A DNA stretch of 64,000 nt, taken from the NCBI RefSeq assembly GCF_964204645.1, contig NC_134033.1, positions 12,470,655-12,534,654 on the forward strand, read 5' to 3'. A model generated the notes under the pieces. It worked only from the letters and a program-made list of their open reading frames with translations. It made no database searches and was not told where the DNA came from. Source of the DNA: Tubulanus polymorphus. Taxonomy: Eukaryota; Animalia; Nemertea. The translations under genes were made by a program, and so were the position numbers. This document shows, in pieces, positions 38,880-51,324 of this stretch (position 1 is its first letter; every line of letters begins with the position of its first letter).

Positions 38880-39328
38880 GAGTGGAACCTTGTTAACCCT
38901 TTCAGTGCGTCTACACCGCAGTGCGGTGTATAAATCAGTGATGGATTTTGCTAGTACACCGCACAGCGGTGTATTGATGTAATTAGTAATTTGTAATTAT
39001 CTCTATTGAAAAATGGCAGAAAGTGTCAAACATAGTGAAATACTAGTAACTAACGATACACCGCACTGCGGTGTAGACGCACTATAGTGGTATTCCCATT
39101 GTTCAACACACTAGGGTGGAATTTTTTAGAATTTTCAAATTTTCTCCAGCACTATAGGGTATTAATTAGTCAGCACTGAAAGGGTTAATACAAATTTCGC
39201 GGGCAAATGCAAAATGGTTGTTTTAAATGGGTTTCGTATTATCCAAAGCTTGATTGATATAAATATGTTAACTGGGACACGCTGGAAATCATTGTCTTAA
39301 ACGAAATCGTATCAATGAGGTTCAACTG
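38880..39328. mobile_element. Tc1/mariner (pogo/Tigger-like) MITE interrupted by the piggyBac MITE
   Basis: TA|GAGTGGAACCTTGTT ... AATGAGGTTCAACTG|TA. Confidence 0.6.
38897..39184. mobile_element. piggyBac-type MITE
   Basis: TTAA|CCCTTTCAGTGC ... GCACTGAAAGGG|TTAA; related partial copies at about 52600-52837 and 33620-33720. Confidence 0.85.
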
Positions 39329-42300
39329 TATGAGGCATTTTCGACTCCCTGCTTACGATGAAATATTCTGAAGATTCATAAAATTCGTCAAAATTGACAT
39401 TTTTCTTGATAGCCTCCTACATAGGAATGAGATTACAGAACAAGGCCCGATTATGCAAGTGAGACATGGTTAAAAAAGCAGCAATCCTAACACAGAGCGA
39501 CTGACTGTGGTTACAGAGTGATGACTTAAATCCAAAAAACAGGCTCGAATCTTCACTCTTCGATATCTCAGTTATAGAAAACCAAATCGTGGTCTTTGAA
39601 ACACTACTGGTAAACATTAAACATCATATAATGATTGACAGTATAAGCAGCAATCCGATATTTCAGTCAGTAGACCGCCGCTTGATTCGAGGGATCTTTC
39701 AGCCGAATCAGATTGGACATCATATTTCACATATATCTATGTAAAGATCAATACGCAATATCCGGAATAATCAATGATCATTAGTTTCGATAGATAAGAT
39801 AAGTGTATGATTCAATTGAAGACAAACCCGAAATATACACAGAAACCTATGAGTTTTGAAAATGTCTCGTAGAATTGAGTCGCAACGTCAAATACTCTCA
39901 TAGTTTTTTCTTCATTTTGTTGTGGGGTGTTCCTCAATGATTATAATCAAGCAGGGTCTACTGTATCATTTCTTTTTTAACAACACATTCAAAGAATGTA
40001 TCTACAAAATTTTACGAATACTTAGCATCGGTATCCAATGTAGGCAGGTATTGACAGTTTTTCGATACATCCGACACAACTTTTACGACGCGATGTATTT
40101 TTATTACGAGATGATGATAAATGAGAGCATTCATTTCTACGAATAAACGGATTAAAAATAAGTATATAAATACAATAGTCAGTTCACAACCTGAATGTAA
40201 TCGGTTTTCAAAATCCCCGAGAGGATAAATGCAATTCGTCAGTGAATGTGGCTGGAGAAACACACAGTATATTATGACGCAATGACCTGGTCCCATTTTC
40301 CACACAATTCGATGGTTTTTTTGCGATTAAGAACCAAAAATTCTGATTAATTCCGTACTGGCTATTGGTTTTGATTGATATAATATGGCCCCGATAGGAT
40401 CTCCTCGGTATTCAATATTTCACATAGCAATTGCGGAACTGATTTCTAAAAAATTCTAGAAAATCTCTTGTGACCACTTATTGTAGACACATATGTGTAC
40501 GCAATGTGGTGGTGATCAATCAGTAGTCTGAACCCAGCACTTCCCAGGGAATTTAATACTTTATCAGCATTCTTATGACCATCTAGACTTCAACTGTGTT
40601 CAGAATATCTTTTTTTTGAAAATGAACTAACAAATCTAACCACCATACTATCAAAAAGTGATCATCCTTATGACATGCATCAAATGAATAGGCCGAATGT
40701 TCTCAACCATAATTCTCAACCACAATATCCTCAATAATGTCCACAATGTGATTTGTGTATAATTATATCCTGTTATTTTGTATGATTACATATTTAAAAA
40801 AAATAAATGGTAAAAAAGTTGAAAAAATGTCTGGTTTCCAGGCTACTGATCAACGAAGCAGAACGATTGCGCAACTGTAACAGTATAATGTCTGGAACGC
40901 GTGGTTTTCAGGCTGCTGATCGATAAGAAAGCAGAACGATCGCGCAACTGTTATACTTAATAATTCTCAACTACCATTAAATGCACATTGAACTATCTCT
41001 ATTGTCGTCAAGCCCAATATCAATTACAATCTACTCTTCACAGCCGTACAGTTTATGCACTTGAATTCTCATTTTACGACGCACAAATATTTACATGAAT
41101 ATGCATACATTACATTTCTAAAGATAACTAAATTTCAATTGAATTTCACTCTAAGTTTTTTTTTTACAAATCTTGATTGATATCATATCAGCTTTTTGAT
41201 ATTCACACATCTAAATGGTGCCCAGCAACATTTTTCCAGGAAAAGTAAATCATCTACAATATTTTTCAATCAGTAATTGTTCATCAGTATTTGACAGCAA
41301 ATCGGCTGTTGAATCTACCAATATTCAAAATGAATGAAATATGGTATCAATTTTAATTTTACGCGTCTAGTCTTGATTTCAAATTTTTCTTCAAGACAAG
41401 AAATAGATTCATCTCAACAGAAAAAGCATGTCATCTACTTAAATCTAAAAACCCACAACAGTTGTGTTACTGATGTATCATACATTAATTTCCTCACAGT
41501 TTCAACAATATTCCTAAATACCATCTCCAGAGTAACTATAAACAATATCTGCGATGAAACTGAGGAAACGTTACATCTGTGTTCTACTCATTGATCCTAA
41601 TACAGCCCCTAAGCGCATTCAAACATATACCCTTGGTCCAAAAAACAAAAATAGATATTTGTATAATAAATGGAATAAGAGTAAAATACTTTGTTGGTGT
41701 CATTTCAGGGACATGAGGCGACTACCTGCAGGCGCGGATCGAGGGGGGATGCTTTGGGTGCTAGAGCCCTTGGAACATTTCCTTCATATAATTTATTTTG
41801 ACGCTTTTTTTTCAATACTACCCAAAGTACCTGGTACATTTTAAGATGATCATGAAGTGCCTATAACCCTCAGAATGCACAAAAACCATTTCTGAATGAC
41901 CAGCAGACCAACCCCTGCACAGAGAGTTAAAACATCGAAAATTAACCGATTTCAACTCTGAGTTAACTCAAACTCACAACCGTGGAACCAGGCCCAGAGT
42001 ACCAAAATCCAGATTAAGCTGGATCTCCTTTTGTCTTTAAAAAGTTGTCATTTCTCGAAGGGACAAATTGTTAAAATGCAGTCCCCAAAATGTGCAAACT
42101 TAAATGCATCTAGATGTATAAAACGCGAGTCACTTCTTCAATGCATTTTAAAAAACTTATCGGCCGTCATGGTAATATGTCTAAATGCATAAAATGCAAA
42201 TAAAACTCATAATGAAAACTGACAGGCTTCTAAAACGCTGATTAAAGCTTTCGAGAGGGCCGGATTAATTAGACTAGGTTTACAAGTTTAAATATTCGAC

Positions 42301-43057
42301 AATATTCGATTCAGTACATAAAACCGGTCGCAAAAAAGATCGTAGATTCCCAACTCGTAATAAACACTACAAAAAGTTGCTCATTCATAACTGCAAAATA
42401 TCTTATCAGCCCGATATCGTTGTTGTAGCTTTCACGAATCCGAAACCATCCGTTTAACACAATCGCAAGCAGCATGCAGGTACCTAGGCAGGACAGGCAC
42501 CTAATTTCACTCATAAATCACATTTTCGTTTCAGTTCAATGGCATATTTCTTCACAGATACCAGTTCTCGACTAAGAACGTAATTTGGTCAACAACTCCT
42601 ATATATTGTGCAACAGATTTGCTCATTATACTAGCAGACGGACCTAATCTGTAATCAGTAATCCACTCACAACTCATGATGAGCTAGGCTTTGAAACATC
42701 AGCGTAAATCACTTTGAAGCTGTAGTCGTTACAGGATTCACGTGTGACTAGCAATGATTGCCATCTCACTTCAACTGTTACTGTATTGAGGAACTGGCAA
42801 AATCCACACCTGACTTCATTCTGACAATGCCAATATTTCTCTAAAACTCGCGCTGTTTAGTTCAGTAATCCGAAAAACTGGCATTAAACAACAATAACCT
42901 TCTCGCTTTTAGACAGGTCTAGCCACTACGTAGTTCGAACACTACGCACTTTAACAGATACCTGTATGGCCCGGTTTTAAGCCACGTAGCAGAAGGTTTT
43001 TCTCTGATATCATTGATTCATTCAACATTCCTCGATTCTATTCACCGAGTGATTTCA

Positions 43058-43171
43058 CTAGCACGTCTCCTCGGCTCGTTTTTTCAAAATGATATTTCGT
43101 TTCCATTCTGGCATCGCCTGTAACCTCGCCTCTTCCTCTGCCTGACGCTGTCGGTTTTGGTCGTCGGGCGA
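43058..43171 (-). CDS. espin-like last exon (third W motif)
   Basis: tttcag|SPDDQNRQRQAEEEARLQAMPEWKRNIILKKRAEETC*. Confidence 0.87.
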   Translation of the reverse strand, partial: SPDDQNRQRQAEEEARLQAMPEWKRNIILKKRAEETC

Positions 43172-46100
43172 CTGAAATGAAAATACAAATGCATGAAACC
43201 TTAACATAATTCTTCATTTGAATGATAACGACGGTAATGAAATAGGTGATAAGGCTTATACAGTGCTTATTCTAGCCAGGCTGCACCAAAGGCTGTATAG
43301 TTATGCTTCCATTAGCATGTTATTACCCCAAGCCAGTAACTGTGTATCAGTCATCTCTCCCTGGGGAGATGTGACATCTAGCTCTAACTACCGGTAGTGC
43401 TCAGGAGTCATCTATCAGGCCAACTACCCATTTACTTCTGGGCGGAAAATGACAAATGAGAAAACTGGCTTGCCCGTGGATACTACTGTAACATACAGCA
43501 TCCGAATCGACGACAAGGCAAACGCTCTGAACATTCAATCTCAAACCACTCTACACTCAGTTTTATAGTCTGATAGAATAGATTCGATCCGAATAAAGAT
43601 CTACAATCCACAATCCAGCACAGACAATTCACTTACCAATTCTTGCTTTTTCTTTTGCTCTTTTTTCTCCATCAGATTACGTTTCCACGTCGGTACTGTC
43701 TGCCATTTTGCCTCCTCAGCCATTCGTTCATTTCTGTCGGCCTAGAAATGTAGAAACGAAAGACTACATTGTAAGTACCAGTTGTCGCAGCTGAAATGCA
43801 TTACACAAACGCATTACACAATTCCATCAACCAATTTCAAAACTATCTTAAGGCCAATATCTGAGAAACTCTAGCTTGTTTCCACAAGACCCTCCTATCA
43901 CATCAACTAAATCTTGTTTAATAAAAGAATAACTTATCTATGTGATGATGTCATTGAAGAAATAAATGAAGAGCCATCATTTTCAGAAATGTCTTTACGA
44001 TGAATCATCAGGCGATTTAATGATGTCATAGGGGGTTAAATGGAGCAGTTTTTTTTCTTAACGTACCATATATTTGTCGATGAGGTCTTTGTTTTTCTTT
44101 TCGATCATTTGTTTTTTCCACTGAGGGCAGCTTTCCGGTGGATACTGGTATCCAGGAATCTGTGTTATATCTGAAACGCGAATTAGCAACAAAACTTTTG
44201 AAATCCTTAATCCTTTCACAACTGACAGTTTTCCGCACTATATTGCCAGAGGAAATTTGAAAATTCCATCGCAGTGGGCTGTGTGTAATAAACAAACTGT
44301 TAGTTGGGGAGGCCCAGTAAAGGGTGGGTGGGTCATACACCACATCAGGGGAACAGGTACTAAAACTGAAAGTAGTTTTTTAATCCTTACCGATATGAAT
44401 ATCGTTATAACTGTATTCTATATTTGGTGGAGTTTCCTTGACGACCGGGGCTGTGATTGTAGACAATGGGGCTGGTGGTGCGCAAGTCGTGGTAACTGAA
44501 CTGGCCAGCGGTGGCGCTACAGATATTCTCGGCTGAGGTACCGGAGGAGGTGGTTGCTGTAGAGCTGGCGGGGGCGGAGGTAGAGGCCCGGCGTTATCAC
44601 CTAAAATGAAAGAAAATATCAAGTAAAATATCTCCTGGTCCTTGAAACCTTGCACGAAACAAACACAGCACGCATTATTACCTTCCAAAGTTTCTTTCCA
44701 GAACTCTCGAGCGACGCTACTAGTGACCTCTGGTGAACGCGGTGGAGACGGGAAATCCATATCATCGTTGATAATGTATTCGTCACCTGGGTATGTATCG
44801 GCGTAAATAGCAGGAGGCGGAGCATCGGGTAAATCATCTAGATTATCTGTAACATTAAACATGAACAAGAGGGTTATTGAACACCGAAAGGCTATACATA
44901 TATACAACCGTGTGGCTATATACCACTGACAACTGCGTGGCTACATACCACTGACAACTGCGTGGCTATATACCACTGACAACTGTGTGGCTATATACCA
45001 CTGACAACTGCGTGGCTACATACCACTGACAACTATGTGGCTATATACCACTGACAACTGTGTGGCTATATACCACTGACAACTGCGTGGCTACATACCA
45101 ATGACAACTATGTGGCTATATACCACTGACAACTGTGTGGCTATATACCACTGACAACTGCGTGGCTATATACCACTGACAACTGCGTGGCTACATACCA
45201 ATGACAACTATGTGGCTATATACCACTGACAACTGTGTGGCTACATACCACTGACAACTGCGTGGCTATATACCACTGACAACTGCGTGGCTACATACCA
45301 CTGATAACTGTCTAGCTATATACCACTGATAACTGTATAGCTATATACCATTACTGGTAAGTTGGCATTATACCACTTGAAGTAATCTATCACTGACAAC
45401 CATGTGGCTATATACCATATACAGTTATGAACCATGACCTACCTAGATAAACTAAATTTTCTCTACTACGTATTGATACACTAGATCCCATAATGTCATC
45501 ATCAGTGTTGACTGCGCTGCTTATGAAACTAATGTTCACAGTTAGCTTATACACGTACATTCGTAACATACCGGCTATGAATAATAAATGATGCTTCAGT
45601 TTTTCACACTTGCGATTTTAAAGTACTGACTGGCTGTAATAACCAACACTTAGCGAAATGAACACATATCATCGATATAGAATATCAACTACTGTCGCGT
45701 CCTGCAGGCCCAATTTCATTCAATGGATAATGAAAGCGATACAGTAGATCCGCCTGCCTCAGATCTTGCGGGACCAATAAATTCTCGTGGAGAGGTATGC
45801 AATCGAAACAGGGCTGGGTCATTATTGCCCGTGATGAATTGCAGTAAGAAAATTTGTGATACCGGTATATTGTCTGGAGCACGCGATTAACCGAGACGTG
45901 ATATACTCCGCGGTAAACAGAGTCTACAGAGTATGTATTTGTGGTGATCGACAGTGAGTTTATGACGAGATGCGTATTTCATACAAATGTCTAATTTCAT
46001 ATTCATATATATCCAATGAAGTGTATCCAGTGAACTTGATCGGGTATACACATACCGAGCTGTAACCACGCCCAGTTTTACAGTACCAGTAGTAGATTCA

Positions 46101-49100
46101 AGACTTTAGAATCAACCTTTATTCACATCCGGAACAAAATGGCTGTATCGTAGGTAACGTACCAGACACATTTTACTATCTTGTAGCTTAACGTTTCAAC
46201 TCAATTCTATGAGCCATTTTCAAAAACTGATTTATTGTACAGTTAGAACAATACAAAATATAGCAACAAGGTAACTAAGTGATCCCTATTAAGCTTAATT
46301 AGCTAATTAAGCTAAAAGATAGTTTTTTTTTTTTTTATTGTGGGTTTTATCTACTATTGATATTGGACAGCCACTTGTCTATGGAAACCAACATTTTACT
46401 AATCCCATTAAAAAATACACTGGTAGAAATTTTGAAGTAGTATGCTATCTTTATCCTTTGAACTTCCCCTGAAAACTGTATTAAATAATGTTCTCAGACC
46501 GTGAAAAATATATCCGACGCGTTTTCTGACAAATATACTTATATGCTCCCAAACAATGATAAATCAGATTGATTTTGATTCAATATCGTACCTATATCAT
46601 TTGTATCGGGAATACTGGTGTCTTCGGAACGTCGTAATCTCGCGGCTAACATTCCGGCTAGTTCCGAGTCCGACGTTTCTTCTGTCTTTTTCACCGAATC
46701 TGTAAATACATGACGAAATCATTTCACGGGGAATCTAGCCTCATTGGTCGGTGAATTTTGAGCACTCACCGATAGAAATTCTCAACGCTCAATGTTCACC
46801 CTCTTACAACAAACTTCAGGACATATTGTCCGACAAGAAAAAGTAGAAATAATAGAATTGAGAAATACTTACCAGGTGGTTTTGCGACGCGTTTCAGTTT
46901 GACGACAGGTAATTCCGGTGAACCGGTCTCCTGTTCGACTGAACTCTGCGAATTCATTCGATCGACTCGTTTCAACCGAACTACGGGCAATTCAGGACTG
47001 CTCTCCTTCTTCTTTTGCTCAATAGGCGGAGCTGGGGAGTCTCCTTGAATACATAGAATTGAAATTTCTATTGAATACGTAGAAAGCAGTCAGTGCCAAT
47101 GAACGAAAAGAAATCAGTTCTGCAGCCGCCTGATAAATTAGGACTCTATTTAGATTGAAAATGGGTAATGTTGATTTTAAAATGAATGTACATAGATCTA
47201 AGTCTATGACTCCCTAGGGGGCTGGTTCCTCAGTTGAGACTCAAGTCCAAAAATGGTCTTAAATCTTAAGACTGATCTTAAGTTGTTAGATTGGTTATAG
47301 AACTAAGATGGTCTTAAATCGGTCTTAAGTCTAAGCCATGACTATGGAACTGGGCCCCTGACTCTGGAGCCAGTTGCACAGTCATGGCTTAGACTTAAGA
47401 CCAGTCTTATTCTAGTGCTATAGCGAAACTAACAAGTTCATAAGACTATTCTTAAGATACAATACAACCACTTTTGAACGTAAATCTACCAACCAGTTTT
47501 TACTATTCCGACTTAAAGCCACAACTAACCTTGACGATCGACCTTTTTCAGACGAATATTAGCCAAACCCTGGAGAATGGCACCCTGCGGCATGCTCGGT
47601 TGAGGAGCCGAATTCGGGTGTATCTTCACATTACCACCAGGTGGCGTCGGAGCCGCGAACGCCGGCGCCGCCGGGATATCTCTCCGCGGATTACGCGGAC
47701 TGCGACCGGCCGTCGGGAACGTCGATAGTACCGATCCCGACGGCGGATTCGGGGGTAAAGGTGGCGCCACGGGTTGAACGCGATGTCTCGACTGATGCGG
47801 CGACGTCGCCGTTGTCTTATACGTGCTGATCGCTTCGATACTGCTCTGTCGCTGCGCGGTTACGCGCTCCGACGAGGCCTGACGATGCTGCATTTGTTCG
47901 TGCGGATTCATCGGTCGTTTACCGTCGTAAGATTGTGCGCTGGGGTGCTCTTTTTGTTGATGCTTTCGAGGTTCCGTAGAACTATGTCGCATCGGATTAT
48001 TCGAACTATGTCGCATCGGATCGTTCGAACTATGTCGCATCGGATCGTTCGAACTATGTCGCATCGGATCGTTTGAACTATGTCGCATTTGATTATTCGC
48101 ATTATGCCGCATCTGATCCGTCGAGCTATGTCGCGTCGGATTATTCGAGCTATGTCGCATCGGGTCTTTCGACGTGTGTCTAAGCGGGTCGTTTGAGCTA
48201 TGTCGTGTTTGTTGCTGTTGTTGCGTGGAAGATGTATACTGATTCGGTTCATGCCTGGCAGCAGCCGGTAATGTATTTGCCGCGTGTTGTTGTTGTTGTT
48301 GTTGACGCTGCGAATGTCTGGCGTCCGATTGTTTTTTCTGCTGCTGCTGTTGCAGCTGCTGCTGTAAGATATCCCCGGATAACTGGCGCTGAATATCCTG
48401 CGATAATTTCCGCTGCGTTTCCATCTGCGCTTTACGCTGCGCCTCGGTTGGCGGCTGCCACGACGACGGGGTATCGACCGACGGCGCCCTCTTTATCTGT
48501 TGTTCGTTCTCGGCGATCTGTCGGTTGTACTGGTGTTGCGCGTACGCGGCCGCTGCGCTGTCCATCGAGTGCTGTCGTTGCGGAGCGACGGGTGGCTCCG
48601 CGAAACGAATCGTCGACGCGGCGACCGGATCCGTCGCGTGGCGAATACGCGATTGTTTATCGATCGATTTGGATTTATTCGGCTGACTGTACGTAACGGT
48701 CGCCGGGGAGACCTCGTGCCGATGCTGAGGAGGCGAACATTTATACGTGATCGGCTCGTAAAGCGGTTCTTCGATCGGTTTTGGTGATCTATGCGGTTGA
48801 CTGTAAAGCTGATCGCTACCGATACTCTGCGGATTACTGTACAATCCGTCGTAAACGTCGTAAATCGGATCGACGTTCTGATCGCCGTAACTCACGTAAC
48901 TCGACTCGACGCTGCGACTCGCGCGACTCATCGACGGCCCGCCCGACGACGCTTGAGGCGCGATGACGACCTTCTTGTGCGACGCCGGTTTTCCCGAAGA
49001 CGGTTGCGGACTGCGTTCGCGCGATTGAGACGATTGAAGCTGTTTTTGATGCGACGACAACAAATCGATTCCGTCGTGTTCGGCGAATATTTGCTGGTAC

Positions 49101-51289
49101 TGCGTCTGCGGAGACGGCGGAGCCGCCCTTTTACCGCTAGACGGCGCCACCGGTTGATGCACCGCGGCGAATTCGGCCTTTTTCATCGAACGCTGCGTTT
49201 TCGGCGACTTCGTCCCAGCCGGAGGCGGAGGAGGCGTGAAAGACGGCGGGCGCCCGGTTTCAGTTTTGTTTCGACCGTCCCCGGAGCGTTGTTGATTCGC
49301 GGAATTTTTCGGCATCATCGGAGGCGATGGTAATTTCTCCTGGATACACTCGGCTAAACGCGCCACCAGTATCCCGTTCGCCGAATTCTTGCGGTTCTTC
49401 TCGTAATACGACGCCGGCGGGAAGTCCGACTGCCGCGGTGTCGTCAACGACATGCTGCGTTGAACGGTAATCGGTGCCGCCTGGTGCACGGGTCGTTCGT
49501 ACGAGGCAGACGAACTGCGATGATGCGCGACGGGCAGACGGTTGTCGTGTTGTCCGTCTGGCGATACGTCGCACTGTTTACTCGACCTCCGTGATGAACT
49601 CTGAAAATTTATGAAACTCAATTCTAGATTTTGTGACTTTTTGTGAAATCCTACATCCCTCCATCAAGAACAACAGAGTACCGGTACCCAATCTCAAAGT
49701 GTTACTCGGGGGGTGCACCACAGCTTTCATGAGACTTCAGTAAGACCCTCAAAAAGCTTCACGTCAAAAAACAAAAAGCATAAGACGTTCAGCTAGAAGA
49801 AAGTCTAGGAAAGCCACCTTTCTGTCAAATACGGGTACAATTTTGTCCAAACATTCCAGTAAAGGGTATTAATCCTGTCAAAAATGGACTAACAGAAGCC
49901 CCATTTGTAATAAGTTAGCCTTAAAATTTGTAATGACACTCGAATATTGCTACTACTGCAACTTGACTCAAAGTTCCAGCTACTTGGAGTAAATCATATT
50001 TAAAATGGCTTGATTGAACTTAGGATATTTGTTTCCAGTTGAACCCAGACATATCTGATTCAAAGGTTCAATTTATACGAATAAACTTCCAATCACTGCC
50101 GGGTCTAAAGGTGCAACATTTCAATCTAGAGATGGCAGTATTGGGGAATGAGACTGAAATAATGAAAGTGCGAACTTACTGAAGAAGTCGATGGTGATGA
50201 CTGCCCATCACTGGCGGTACTATGTCGCGGAGTGTGACCTTCGCTAAAACTAGCCGAACTAAGACGCGTATTCGGACTGCGTTTCGGTATCGCCGGCGGA
50301 CCACGTTTGCGAACCTCCTCAGATTCCATCTGCTGCTGCTGCATATTGTTGCTTAGCGACAGCGTCTGCGGCTGCCCGGATTTCGTCTGTTGAGGCGGCG
50401 GAGGCGGGAAATCGGCGACTGTATCGTAGAGGGCGCCTTCGTCTAACGGAGGCGGTAACAATTCTTCTGCAAATCAATTTAGAAAATGATGAGAAAAACA
50501 AGAGAAATGAGACGAGAAGATACACAATATCCGTGTAAGATGATAACGAGAGAAATCCCACAATAACTTCAGCCAAAACGAGAAACTTGAGTAGAAGAGT
50601 ATATATTTGCGCAACATTTCGGCTAAAGACTATTAGCCATCATCAGGCGTACAAATCAGGTACACCTGATGATGGCTAATAGTCTTTAGCCGAAACGTTG
50701 CGCAAATATAGACTCTTCTACTCAAGTTTTTCGTTTTGGCTGTAGTTATTGCGGAGAAATATTTCTGTGAGGTGCTAGTTATTCAACGTTTTCACTATGA
50801 ATGGATTACAAAGGATAGAATTCGAAAAGATGATTAATTCACCTGGTGGAGGAGGTAAACTGTTACCTCCTTCGCTTCCTTGTCGTCTGTGATAAACAGT
50901 TTCATAAATTAAACTATCGACTCCGTTCATCATCCGGTCGCCGTTATTCCGACGTATCGTTTCCATGACCACGTTATCGGCGCCGCCGGTTTCCGACGAT
51001 TGTCTCGTCGAATCGTCTTTACGTTCCGGCGAATATTCCGATATGTTCGACAAGTCGATGTATTTCGCGTTGTTGTTGGAGGCGGGCGCGACGACGATGA
51101 CCGCGGCACTGGCGGGGACGGTCGATTCGAGACCGGTCTCCGACGCGAAACTCGCGCGTTTCGAATCCTGACTCGACAACGACGCGCGATGCGACGAACC
51201 GGCGGCGAATTCGATCGCGATCTCCGACACGTCTTTGCTCGTTCGTTTCGAGTCGGATGATTGGCTCGATTCGGATAAGACGCTCAAAC

Positions 51290-51324
<35 letters not shown>

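Larger units (their letters stand above)
50558..50754. mobile_element. Fold-back Penelope-like repeat with two opposed hammerhead motifs
   Basis: About 90-bp near-perfect inverted arms; CTGATGA TGGCTAA..TTAGCC GAAA(C/T)GTT on both strands. Confidence 0.75.

Noticed and set aside
44905-45353. CRISPR-like array
   Set aside because: Units are head-to-tail with no unique spacers, there are no cas genes, and it lies in a eukaryotic intron
47474-49333. Several long + strand ORFs (Arg/Val-rich)
   Set aside because: Antisense shadows of the GC-rich 2-kb coding exon
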